Source: Candidatus Lloydbacteria bacterium
GTDB taxonomy: Bacteria; Patescibacteriota; Minisyncoccia; Phycocordibacterales; UBA6899
Direction of reading: 5' to 3'
Length of the DNA stretch: 64,000 bases
Assembly: GCA_043719805.1 (NCBI GenBank)
Contig: JAYSTI010000055.1
Span: forward strand, 2,760 to 66,759
The notes below the pieces were generated by a model that did no database searches, was not told the DNA's origin, and was given only the letters and a program-made list of their open reading frames with translations. This document shows positions 9,188-18,369 of the stretch, piece after piece (within the stretch, counting starts at the first letter, position 1; every line of letters begins with the position of its first letter). Made by a program: the position numbers and the translations under genes.

Positions 9188-9771
9188 TATGCTCTTTCCT
9201 TTTCGCTCGCTAATAATCGCTCGAATTCCCTCTTCGCACGATAGATCTTTGTCTTCACAGCTGAGACGGTCGTCCCTTCCATGTCGGCAATTTCTTTCTG
9301 CGAATACTCCTCGAGGAAGTGGAGCTTGAGTGGCCTGGCGAGCTGTGCGGGCATTTTGGAGAGAAATGAAGCGACATAATCGCGCATAACCTCTTCTTCC
9401 CTATGGTTCGCCGGGTCGGGGAGCGTTTCATAAAACTCAGGCTCGAGTTCGATGTGTGTGGCTCCCTTCTTCTTTAACTTTTGATAGTGCGTAAAGGTGG
9501 TATTCATCAGGATTTTGTACCCCCAAGACTTGAAGGACGCCCCTTCTACGGTCTTAAACCTACGTGCATTGAAGTAGATCTTGGTGAAGGTCTCCTGCAC
9601 GATGTCTTCCGCCTCCTCGCGGCTGTGGATAACACCCTCTGCCTTCCGAAGAAACGCGTCCTGGTAGCGCGAAACCAGCACGGCAAAAAGGCTCGGATGA
9701 TCTATCGAGTTTTCGAGGATGACCTCGTCTCTTAATTCATTTGCGGGAATTTCGTTGTCGTCCAGTAACAT
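9187..9771 (-). CDS. ECF-type RNA polymerase sigma factor
   Basis: Region 2 EAEDIVQETFTKIY..FKSWGYKI; region 4 YSQKEIADMEGTTVSAVKTKIYRAK. Confidence 0.92.
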   Translation of the reverse strand: MLLDDNEIPANELRDEVILENSIDHPSLFAVLVSRYQDAFLRKAEGVIHSREEAEDIVQETFTKIYFNARRFKTVEGASFKSWGYKILMNTTFTHYQKLKKKGATHIELEPEFYETLPDPANHREEEVMRDYVASFLSKMPAQLARPLKLHFLEEYSQKEIADMEGTTVSAVKTKIYRAKREFERLLASEKERA

Positions 9772-9786
9772 GTTTTGTATTGTTGC

Positions 9787-10701
9787 TCAGAATCCCCATT
9801 CTCGCAAGAGCTCGGCCATGCCGTCCTCAAACTTCACCTCGGGCTCCCAGCCGAGCAAGGCTTTTGCTTTTTGATTGTCGGCGAGGCTGTGCCTTGCCTC
9901 TTTTGCCGCCTCTAAATATTCAATGTCTCCCCCGATGATGTTCGCAAGTTCTTTTATCGAAATGCTCATACCACTACCAATATTGAGCACTTCCCCATGC
10001 CCAACGAGCGATGAAGTTGCCGCGAGAAGGTTTGCACGAGCAACATCTGCGACGTGCACAAAGTCTCGCGTCTGCTCGCCGTCACCATTCACGCGTAGTG
10101 GGAGTCCTTGTTGTTTTCTTTTCACAAATGCTCCGATGACCGCAGCGTATGGGCCGTCCAAATTCATGCGTGGGCCGTAGACATTAAAATACCGCAGTGA
10201 AGCCGTTTCGATGCCGTGAAGTGTGCTATATATGCGCATGTGATGCTCATTGGCATATTTTTGGACGCCATAGGGATTCACCGGCTCGGGGAGGAGATTC
10301 TCGGCGAGCGGGAGTGTCGGATTATTTCCATACGCCGCGCTTGATGCGGAATACACCACGCGGCCCGCACCTGCCGTACGCGCAGCTTCAAGTAGCGACA
10401 ATGTGCCGCCAACGTTAATCTCGTGCGACTCCTTTGGGTGCAGAATTGAATATGGAACGCTCGGAAGCGCTGCAAGGTGAAAAATGATGTCGCCTTTTTT
10501 GAAGATTGTTCCGAGGGCATCCGTGTCGCGTACGTCCATTTCAAAAAGTTTTGCTTTGGGATTGATGCGCTCACGCTTCCCTGCCGACATATTGTCGACA
10601 ATGTCTACTTCGTAACCATCTTTGATAAGCATGTCGACAACGTGGGAGCCTATGAACCCTGCACCACCCGTCACCACCGCGCGCTTTATGTTTTGTCCCA
10701 T
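9787..10701 (-). CDS. NAD-dependent nucleotide-sugar epimerase/dehydratase (extended SDR)
   Basis: VVTGGAGFIGSH, YASSSAAYG, PYGVQK (YxxxK), RYFNVYGP; start re-called at ATG 10701. Confidence 0.92.
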   Translation of the reverse strand: MGQNIKRAVVTGGAGFIGSHVVDMLIKDGYEVDIVDNMSAGKRERINPKAKLFEMDVRDTDALGTIFKKGDIIFHLAALPSVPYSILHPKESHEINVGGTLSLLEAARTAGAGRVVYSASSAAYGNNPTLPLAENLLPEPVNPYGVQKYANEHHMRIYSTLHGIETASLRYFNVYGPRMNLDGPYAAVIGAFVKRKQQGLPLRVNGDGEQTRDFVHVADVARANLLAATSSLVGHGEVLNIGSGMSISIKELANIIGGDIEYLEAAKEARHSLADNQKAKALLGWEPEVKFEDGMAELLREWGF

Positions 10702-10803
10702 ATATAGATAGTACACGCAAAATGCAGAGAATGTTTCATTTAAATCGGTTGACACGACTGCGTTTCTGTAGAAAATAGTGTTCAGAGTTACATGGAGTGA
10801 AAC

Positions 10804-11202
10804 ATGCAAAAACGTAGTGTCGGTTTACTCGTCCCCATCTACGTCGCAGCAATACTTTCCGGAGTAACGCTGAGCTGGATCGGGATTCTTGTTGTTGCGG
10901 CCATCTACCTGGTTTGTTTTTTGGAGAGAATTCGTAAAAATCCGTTCTTCGCGCCCATGTCCACCTGGCAGATAAACTATGCAGTGGCCCTTTTCCTCGC
11001 CAGCCTGCTCATGTTTCTGGCCTGCTTCCTGTCGCACCGATATGGCATGGGAAACACCTCTCAGCTCTTGAGCACACTTTTCTGCGCCAATGAACACATC
11101 CCCCACCAGGGGGATTTTTGTACCAAAAGGCAAGGCTTTTTTCCTCGACAAATCGCCGAAGATGGCCTAAAATGGCCGCATTATGGCAATACTCAATTAT
11201 AG
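10804..11202 (+). CDS. Hypothetical membrane protein (SD-led; 3' end uncertain)
   Basis: Three hydrophobic segments; GGAG before ATG; TTGACA at 10749; frame reads through a terminator-like hairpin at ~11098-11120 and overlaps efp. Confidence 0.5.
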   Translation: MQKRSVGLLVPIYVAAILSGVTLSWIGILVVAAIYLVCFLERIRKNPFFAPMSTWQINYAVALFLASLLMFLACFLSHRYGMGNTSQLLSTLFCANEHIPHQGDFCTKRQGFFPRQIAEDGLKWPHYGNTQL

Positions 11203-11758
11203 TGAAATCCTTCCGCGCAGAATTATTCTTATCGACGACCAGCCTTACGAGGTCTTGGATGCGCACGTGTTTCAGAAGCAAAAGTCACGCCCCGTGAATC
11301 ACACGAAGGTAAAAAATCTTTTGAGCGGGAACGTCAAAGAGGTCGTATTCCATCAATTCGAGAAGGCAGAAGAGGCGGACATGGGCACAAAAGAAGTGAA
11401 ATATCTCTACGCAAACAAAGGAGAGTACTGGTTTTGCGATGCCAAAGATGCCGCTGACCGCTTCAAGCTCACCGCAGAGCAGCTCGGCAACAGCATCAAA
11501 TTCATCAAGACCAACACCATCATCGATTCCACAACGTTCAATGATGACATCATTGGTCTTAAATACCCGATCAAAGTCGAACTCAAAATTACCGAGGCGC
11601 CACCTGCGGTGCGCGGCAATACTTCGGGCAATGCAACAAAAGCAGTTGTTACAGAAACGGGGGCAACTATTTATGTGCCGATGTTCATCAACGAGGGAGA
11701 TATTGTGCGGATTAATACTGACACTGGCGATTACGCCGAGCGCGTAGAAAAAGCCTAA
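11183..11758 (+). CDS. efp: Elongation factor P
   Basis: YLY.., PPAVRGNTSGNATK..TETGATIYVPMFINEGDIVRINTDTGDYAERV. Confidence 0.95.
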   Translation: MAILNYSEILPRRIILIDDQPYEVLDAHVFQKQKSRPVNHTKVKNLLSGNVKEVVFHQFEKAEEADMGTKEVKYLYANKGEYWFCDAKDAADRFKLTAEQLGNSIKFIKTNTIIDSTTFNDDIIGLKYPIKVELKITEAPPAVRGNTSGNATKAVVTETGATIYVPMFINEGDIVRINTDTGDYAERVEKA

Positions 11759-11990
11759 AGTTTAAGCAAAAACACCCCGACTGCTTTGTTGCGGGCCCCA
11801 AACGACTCGGTCGACATATATGAATACGCCTTCCTCGTCGTTTCCCCCGCGCCTCGCATTCGAGGCGTTTATGCATAAACTTAGAACTTTTTGCAAATTA
11901 CTCTGCCGGCTGCGTCGGAGCTTGGCAGACGTATCACTCATGCGTCTGCTCAAGTCTCACAACTTGCCGCCTCGTGCTCATCAAATTTTA
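11759..11990. repeat. Two adjacent ERIC/Correia-like palindromic miniature elements
   Basis: Imperfect IR AGTTTAAGCAAAAACACCCCGACTGC / GCATTCGAGGCGTTTATGCATAAACT (11759-11881); second unit GGCTGCG..CTTGGCAGACGTAT..ATGCGTCTGCTCAAG..CTTGCCGCCTCG. Confidence 0.6.
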
Positions 11991-12061
11991 AGCCTTTTCA
12001 GCGAGAAAGCGTAACGCTCGGAGAAGAGAGTTCGAGTTTGAAAAGTAAATTATCGAAATAG

Positions 12062-12092
12062 AAAAACCCACTGCGATTTGCAGTGGGTTTTG
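12062..12092. terminator. Bidirectional intrinsic terminator
   Basis: AAAACCCACTGC-gattt-GCAGTGGGTTTT. Confidence 0.8.
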
Positions 12093-12093
12093 T

Positions 12094-12612
12094 TTACGGA
12101 TGGGTGAGGCCGTGGGAGGCGAGGATCTGCTTGTAGAGGTCATCGGGATACGGCTCGATACGGAGCTTGAGTGCGAGGCCCTGTGCGCGCTCCCAGCACG
12201 TGCCGGTCGAGAACTCCCACCCCGGAAGAAAGTACAGAGTACCGATGAGTCCGCTCTCGAACAGCGGAAGATAGATGTCGGTGAGAATTGGCCAGCAGTA
12301 GCCGGTATTTGCCGGATTGCTCTTCCATTTTTCCCACATGCGAACAAGTCCTTCTTCGAGTGGCGTCTGATCAAACACGTGGTCGCCCCGTTCACGGAGC
12401 AGGCGCACAGCTTCAGAAAACACGAGGAAATTCAGCTTCACGGAATTGAACCCGCCGGTGGTGATAGGCCCGCACACCTGAATGATTGAACCGTGCTTCC
12501 GCTTGGGAAAACTCCGAAGCACGCACTGTGCGACGTCACTGATATCGGCGAATGAATCCGCGGCAAGCACGGACGAACGTAGCGCCTTCGTCCAATGTGG
12601 ACATTTTTTCAT
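12094..12612 (-). CDS. DUF4406-like / nucleoside deoxyribosyltransferase-fold protein (SD-led)
   Basis: QVCGPITTGG and LYFLPGWEFSTGTCWE motifs; AGGAG 5 nt before ATG 12612. Confidence 0.7.
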   Translation of the reverse strand: MKKCPHWTKALRSSVLAADSFADISDVAQCVLRSFPKRKHGSIIQVCGPITTGGFNSVKLNFLVFSEAVRLLRERGDHVFDQTPLEEGLVRMWEKWKSNPANTGYCWPILTDIYLPLFESGLIGTLYFLPGWEFSTGTCWERAQGLALKLRIEPYPDDLYKQILASHGLTHP

Positions 12613-12774
12613 CACGGCTCCTGTCAAAAGTCCTTACCCAAGCTAGCATAATTTCAGAAATTTACAAAAAAATACCCCCTCGGGGGTATTTTTTGAAACA
12701 CATAAATCATATTAGGAAGCAATATGGAGCTAAAACAAAAAATGCTCGAAAGCATTTTTTGTTCGCCCGATTGC

Positions 12775-12981
12775 CTATGAGGCAATATAGGGAAGGAGGC
12801 CCATGAATCGTGAGCGCTTCACTGCAGTCGCAAGCGCGCGCTGCTGCTTCTGGCCAAGGCCCGAGCGCTTGTGACCCACAACCTGTCCATGAGGGGTGAG
12901 GAACATGCGAAGCAACTCGACGTCTTTGTAGTCGATGTACTTGATGTTATTTGCCGAAAGGTAGTCTTGCTGTTTCTTCAT
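12775..12981 (-). CDS. rpsR: 30S ribosomal protein S18
   Basis: IDYKDVELLRMF..QRALATAVKRSRFMGLLPY; rpsF-ssb-rpsR order. Confidence 0.97.
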   Translation of the reverse strand: MKKQQDYLSANNIKYIDYKDVELLRMFLTPHGQVVGHKRSGLGQKQQRALATAVKRSRFMGLLPYIAS

Positions 12982-12991
12982 GGTGGTTTAA

Positions 12992-13480
12992 TTAAAATGG
13001 AATGTCTTCTAGGTTAATATCTTCGTCGGGGTAGTCAATTGTTGCGAGTTCCGGTGATTGCGGCTGTGCGGTGGCTTTTGCTTTCGGTGCAGCTACCTTC
13101 GGACTTCCGGTAGCCTTCGCCTCGCTTGGTGTGAACTCTCCGGCTGCTCCGGGTTTTGGTCCAAACTGGAAATTCTCAACAACAATCTCTGTACGGTATT
13201 TCTTTTCTCCGGTGACCTTATCATCCCAACTACGATTTTGGATGCGACCCTCGACAAAAATCGGGGAACCCTTTCTCAGGTATTGGTGAATCAATTCAGC
13301 GGGCTTCTGGAAGGCAACAACATTGTGAAAATCAACAGACTCCTGCTTTGCGCCATTCTTGTCTTTCCATGTACGATTCGTGGCGACACCAAATGAAACA
13401 ACCGGGACACCGGACGGAAGCGCCTTGAGTTCAGGGTCTTTCGTCAGGTTGCCGTAGATGAATGCCTTGTTGATATACAT
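12992..13480 (-). CDS. ssb: Single-stranded DNA-binding protein
   Basis: NKAFIYGNLTKDPE, VEGRIQNRSW, C-terminal EDIPF. Confidence 0.98.
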   Translation of the reverse strand: MYINKAFIYGNLTKDPELKALPSGVPVVSFGVATNRTWKDKNGAKQESVDFHNVVAFQKPAELIHQYLRKGSPIFVEGRIQNRSWDDKVTGEKKYRTEIVVENFQFGPKPGAAGEFTPSEAKATGSPKVAAPKAKATAQPQSPELATIDYPDEDINLEDIPF

Positions 13481-13487
13481 GAAGTTT

Positions 13488-13988
13488 CTAGCTTATGACG
13501 AGGTCCTCAATGGTCTTATCAATCTCGGCTTCGGTGAGTACTGGCTTGTCCTCCACCTTCTCGTTGACTACCACCTCTTCACCCCGCTTTTGCTGAAGAA
13601 CCTTCTTTGGCACCATCGTGTTCTCGCGAACGGTCTTCACGACGATGAAGCGGAGAATAAGATCATCTGCCTTCAACTTTTCCTGAATGGCCTTCGCACC
13701 ACTTGGTTCAACCTCAAATTTCATCCATCCGAAATATGCGGAATGATGCAACGCGCGCTTGTTTGCGGCAACCTTTAGCATCGGATAGGCGAGTTCCATG
13801 TGACGAGGGAATTCGTCTGCAATCATACTTCCTCCGGCTGCTTCAATGATGTCGCGAATAGCGGTCACGCGTACACCCAAATCAACCTCTGCGACAATTG
13901 GGACAATGTGAAATCCGACCTCGTAAACTCCGCGGTCCTTTCCTATTGCGTCAACGTTTATATCCTTGTTTTCCATAGATGAGGGCAT
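13488..13988 (-). CDS. rpsF: 30S ribosomal protein S6
   Basis: YEVGFHIVP, ELAYPM, ILRFIVVK; operon position (start may be 13976). Confidence 0.93.
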   Translation of the reverse strand: MPSSMENKDINVDAIGKDRGVYEVGFHIVPIVAEVDLGVRVTAIRDIIEAAGGSMIADEFPRHMELAYPMLKVAANKRALHHSAYFGWMKFEVEPSGAKAIQEKLKADDLILRFIVVKTVRENTMVPKKVLQQKRGEEVVVNEKVEDKPVLTEAEIDKTIEDLVIS

Positions 13989-14047
13989 ACTAGCAAAGCG
14001 CTCTCAATATGTCAAAAGATGCGGTAAATTCATGCTTTTTTCGGCTT

Positions 14048-14875
14048 TTATGCCGTTTTGAGCCCAAAAACTCGAATGGCGTTTTTCTGTAATGCATCGA
14101 TAACAACCTCTATGTCTATGCCCTTAATTTCAGCAATTGCGCGAATTGTCTCTACCACAAAGGCCGGCTCGTTGCGCTTCCCGCGATATGGAATGGGGGC
14201 GACATACGGAGCATCGGTCTCGGCATGAATTGATTCGAGCGGAATGTACTTGAGTACATAATCATAATCATGCGAAAAAGTGAGGACTCCAGTAAACGAC
14301 ATGGTAAAACCACAATCGAGAAACTGCTTCGCTATCTTGGTATCGCCGACAAAAAAGTGGACATTGCCACGCACGTTGCCACCGTATCGCTCTTGCCCGC
14401 TCTTTAGTATGTGCAAAATATCCTCATAGGCATCCATACTCCCCTTCTCCGGCCTGCCGTGAATCATGAGCGGCTTATCGACGGAAGCGGCGAGTTCCAT
14501 TTGTCGCGAAAATAACTCGTGCTGGCGGTCAGCCTCCCTGTCCATATTCTCGATACGACCCCTCGCGCGATTGTCTTCCAATCGAAAATAATCAATACCA
14601 CATTCCCCAATGGCAACGACGCGCGGATGCTTGGCCATTTTACAAAATGCCGCTTCGTCGTATACCTCCTTTGGGTCGTCGGTCGGATGCACACCGATGG
14701 TAGCCCAGATATCAGGATGCGCTTCTGCGAGTTCTACCGCACGTTCGGACATTTTCTTGTCGGTGCCGACGACAATGGATGCAACTCCCGCCTCTCGCAT
14801 GCGCAAAAGCGCGTCGTCCATGTCATCGAGAAAACGTGCGTCGTTTAAGTGGGAATGAATATCAAAATATTTCAT
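14048..14875 (-). CDS. tatD: TatD family deoxyribonuclease
   Basis: DIHSHLN, IGVHP, AIGECGIDY, ETDAPYVAP..RGKRNEP. Confidence 0.95.
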   Translation of the reverse strand: MKYFDIHSHLNDARFLDDMDDALLRMREAGVASIVVGTDKKMSERAVELAEAHPDIWATIGVHPTDDPKEVYDEAAFCKMAKHPRVVAIGECGIDYFRLEDNRARGRIENMDREADRQHELFSRQMELAASVDKPLMIHGRPEKGSMDAYEDILHILKSGQERYGGNVRGNVHFFVGDTKIAKQFLDCGFTMSFTGVLTFSHDYDYVLKYIPLESIHAETDAPYVAPIPYRGKRNEPAFVVETIRAIAEIKGIDIEVVIDALQKNAIRVFGLKTA

Positions 14876-14950
14876 CTGAGAATATCCTCATGTTACCAGA
14901 AAACAATAAAACCGCTCATGCGGTCTTATAAAGAAGCGAACATTCAATTA

Positions 14951-15256
14951 TTAATTTGGGGTATTTTGGTCCGCTACTAATTTTTTTGCATACGCCTCAT
15001 ACGCTGCATCCTCCTCGGGCGTTGTGGTTTTCTCAAAGACTGGCACCACCTTCCCCGAGCGCTTGTATACAAGCTCCATGCTCCTTCTGTGGGCGACCTG
15101 ATATCTTTCAACATCTTCCGGTGTTGCCGTACCAGCATTCTTTCTCCCCATCAGCTCAAACATATCTGCATCTAACTGCAGCACCTCTGCTTCATCTTCT
15201 TGAGTAAATGTATTTACGGATTCTGATGAGTTTGGCATTTGTCCTTCTTGTGTCAT
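14951..15256 (-). CDS. Hypothetical acidic protein
   Basis: 101-aa ORF with TTGACA-16-TATAAT promoter at ~15280-15308. Confidence 0.6.
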   Translation of the reverse strand: MTQEGQMPNSSESVNTFTQEDEAEVLQLDADMFELMGRKNAGTATPEDVERYQVAHRRSMELVYKRSGKVVPVFEKTTTPEEDAAYEAYAKKLVADQNTPN

Positions 15257-15304
15257 ATATTTTATGTTAACTTATAATGTATTATATACGAAAACCCGAA
15301 TTTG

Positions 15305-15634
15305 TCAAGCACAAACTATTTGGTAAACATGGGCGCATTCATGGGCTGCTTTCACCATCAGTTGTTCTGTCTCGGTGGCCGCTCCCCACTGAAAAAGGAG
15401 ATCTTTATCTTCCGGCAGTTGCTTCCTGCCAACCACCACAACTGGGGTACCTGTCCGATTATCAGTCACAGAATCCCAGCCACGCTCATTTATGGTCATT
15501 GGTGTAACCCGCTCACCCTCCACGGGTATATTCATTCTTATAAAACGAAGCGAGGGGTCACTGCGGACAAATTTATCCACAATATCGGTAAAATCAAAAC
15601 GCTCTGGCGGAGATTCTTGATGTGCTCCTTCCAT
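15305..15634 (-). pseudogene. Hypothetical protein ending just after a HExxH motif; probable truncated zincin
   Basis: ..LMVKAAHECAHVYQIVCA*; stop coincides with the -35 box of the next gene. Confidence 0.4.
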
Positions 15635-15646
15635 ATAAAAATATCC

Positions 15647-17095
15647 CTACGGAAGCCTGTTAAATAAAGGTTTTTCGGGCATTTGGTGTTCGCGGATGAG
15701 GCGAAGAATTTCTTCTGCAGTACGAGGGAGGAATGGAAGAAGCAGGGTTGCGATGCGATGGAGACGTTCGACCATTTCCACGATAAGCACTTCGCCGTCC
15801 TCGACGTTCACTTTTATGACCTTGAACGGTGCGGTTTCTTGAATATACGCATCGAGCTCGCCCACTGCGGACATGACATGCTCTAATGCGCGCTTGATGT
15901 CGAAATCGTTAAACGCCTTATCAATCACGTTGAGATGCTCCGTTTCGTGAATTTCAACCGGTCCATCGAGGTGCGTCGTCGCCATCTTCATGATGCGGCT
16001 GACAAGATTGCCGATGCCATTTTGCAAATGCGCCGCATAGCTTGCCTTCACTCCATCAAGGGTAAGGTCGCCGTCTTCAAACGAAGGGATGTCGTGGAGC
16101 AATGCGAAACGAAGCACGTCCTCGGGGAACGGTGTATGCGGTCGGAAAAACCCAATGACGTCGAACGGGTTGATGACGTTGCCAAGCGACTTGGACATCT
16201 TTTGCCCGCCGCTCATGATAAAGCCGTCGATAATGATGTGCTTGGACGGCGGGAGTTTTGCAGACATGAGCATCGCCTGCCACATTGCTGACTGCTGGCG
16301 GTTGTTGTCCTTCCCACAATACTGGATGACGGGCCACCAATCGCTGAAGCGCGCCATGTCGTCAGGCCAACCGATTGCAGAAATATAATTCACGAGCGCG
16401 TCGAACCAAACATACATGACGTGCGCATCATCATCGGGAACCGCAACTCCCCACGGCATCTTTGACTTGAGGCGTGAGATACTGAAGTCTTCAAGTCCAC
16501 GCTCCACAAATGCCCTCGTCTCATTGAGGCGAAACGACGGGATAACAAAGTCCGGATGGGCATCGTAGTGTGCGAGGAGTGGCTTTTGATAATTAGACCA
16601 TTTGAAAAAATAATTCTCCTCCTCGCGAATCTCTACTTCACGATTGGGATGGACCGGGCACTTGCCGCTTTCAAGCTCCGAGTCCGTCTTTTCGAGTTCG
16701 CAGCCGATGCAATACTTCACCCGATAGAGTTTTTTGTAGATGTCTCCGCTTGCGGCACAGCGCTTCCAAAATTCCTGTGCAGCCATTACGTGGTGCGGGT
16801 CGGTCGTGCGGACAAAATTATCTACGGAAAGATTGAGCAGGTCCTTTAGCTCACGAAACCTCGCCGCATAACGGTCGGTGTATTCCTGTGGCGAGACACC
16901 CTCTTTGGTGGCGGCTTCATGAATCTTCGCACCATGCTCATCGGTACCGGTATTGAAAAAAATCTTTTTTCCTGTGCGCCGATAATATCGGGAAAGCGCA
17001 TCTGCGCGAATAATTTCCATTGCAAACCCGACATGCGGGTCGGCATTCACATAAGGAAGAGTGGTCGTTATATAAACGTTTTCATCTTTCGCCAT
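15647..17095 (-). CDS. metG: Methionyl-tRNA synthetase
   Basis: YITTTLPYVNADPHVG, GTDEHG, YVWFDAL, KMSKSLGN. Confidence 0.97.
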   Translation of the reverse strand: MAKDENVYITTTLPYVNADPHVGFAMEIIRADALSRYYRRTGKKIFFNTGTDEHGAKIHEAATKEGVSPQEYTDRYAARFRELKDLLNLSVDNFVRTTDPHHVMAAQEFWKRCAASGDIYKKLYRVKYCIGCELEKTDSELESGKCPVHPNREVEIREEENYFFKWSNYQKPLLAHYDAHPDFVIPSFRLNETRAFVERGLEDFSISRLKSKMPWGVAVPDDDAHVMYVWFDALVNYISAIGWPDDMARFSDWWPVIQYCGKDNNRQQSAMWQAMLMSAKLPPSKHIIIDGFIMSGGQKMSKSLGNVINPFDVIGFFRPHTPFPEDVLRFALLHDIPSFEDGDLTLDGVKASYAAHLQNGIGNLVSRIMKMATTHLDGPVEIHETEHLNVIDKAFNDFDIKRALEHVMSAVGELDAYIQETAPFKVIKVNVEDGEVLIVEMVERLHRIATLLLPFLPRTAEEILRLIREHQMPEKPLFNRLP

Positions 17096-17107
17096 AAATA
17101 GTTTTAG

Positions 17108-18250
17108 CTATGGAACGTCGTCAAATATTTTTCTTTCCTTTGCGACGTCATTCAAAAATTCCATGAGTATTGCGGTGATGGGGACCGCGAGAATAATGCC
17201 AAGGAAACCGGCCATTTTTGCGCCAACCACTAATGCGATAATGACCAGTACGGGGGGAATGCCGACTATCTTACGCACGACCTCAGGATAGATGACATGG
17301 CTTTCAATCTGCTGGATGACAAAATAAATCGCCATCACGATGAGTGCGGCATTCACGCCGGGGGCAACTGCGAGTGCGTGCGCGAGAGGGTTGATGCCGT
17401 TGACGAAAGCGAGAGAGACCGCAGGAATCGCAGCGAGTATCGGACCGAAGACGGGGATGAGTTCAAACATCATCGCGATGACGGCTAAAAAGAGCGCGGA
17501 CGGTATGCCGAGAATCGTCATAATGAGAAAGACAAGGACTCCGACAACGACGCCAAGCATCATTTGCCCCTGAGCCCATAACCCAATCTTTGCCTGTGAG
17601 CGCTTCCAGAGATCAACAACATACGACCGCGACTTTACCGGAGAAATGAGGCGTAAGAAATTCTCAATTCCACGCTCCTGCGACGAAAGATAAAACGAGA
17701 GCACGATGATAAGTATGAAAGAGAGCACGCCACCAAAGAAGATACTTGCGGAATGAAGTGCTCCCCCACCTTCAATACTACTCTTAAAAATATCCAGAAT
17801 GTTCGCACTCTCAAGTAGGCCTTTCTGCAATTCAGCTGTCTGCGGAACAAGCACGCCTGCAGTAACGTCGGTCGTGGCCGGGCCGGTCATAGAAAAAATA
17901 CCTGATGTGTCGATGACTCCGGGAAGCGTGCGCACCAGCTGACTCACGTCAGTGATAATGGCGGGAACAAAAAAGTAAAAGACCCCGATAAGCGAGAGCG
18001 CGCCAAAGCCGTATACCATAACGAGTGCAAGTAGCCGCGGAATATGCTTTTCAATTAGCGGCACCTTTTTTTTCAAAAGGAAGTGCACTGCCGGCTCAAT
18101 GGCTGACGCGAGCACGATGGCCGTAAGCACAATCAACACGACGTCCCGCAAAAACCAGGCGAGCGCAAAAAGCACCATGATAAAGATCGTGCGCACAATG
18201 GTTCCTGTGGAAATATGAATATGGGAGGCGGTGTCCTCTATTTTCTTCAT
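17108..18250 (-). CDS. AI-2E family transporter (PerM-like)
   Basis: Multi-TM; ELIPVFGP, QQIESHVIYP, GILAVP-type motifs. Confidence 0.9.
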   Translation of the reverse strand: MKKIEDTASHIHISTGTIVRTIFIMVLFALAWFLRDVVLIVLTAIVLASAIEPAVHFLLKKKVPLIEKHIPRLLALVMVYGFGALSLIGVFYFFVPAIITDVSQLVRTLPGVIDTSGIFSMTGPATTDVTAGVLVPQTAELQKGLLESANILDIFKSSIEGGGALHSASIFFGGVLSFILIIVLSFYLSSQERGIENFLRLISPVKSRSYVVDLWKRSQAKIGLWAQGQMMLGVVVGVLVFLIMTILGIPSALFLAVIAMMFELIPVFGPILAAIPAVSLAFVNGINPLAHALAVAPGVNAALIVMAIYFVIQQIESHVIYPEVVRKIVGIPPVLVIIALVVGAKMAGFLGIILAVPITAILMEFLNDVAKERKIFDDVP

Positions 18251-18369
18251 TTGTCCATCATAGCATCAGAAGAGTGGAGACTCAATTAAGCGCACGGTGG
18301 ATGCTTTTTGCCACCCGGCAGCCACACAAAGAAGAGCGGCTTCTTCCGGTCGGCAAGCAAAGGTATGTG

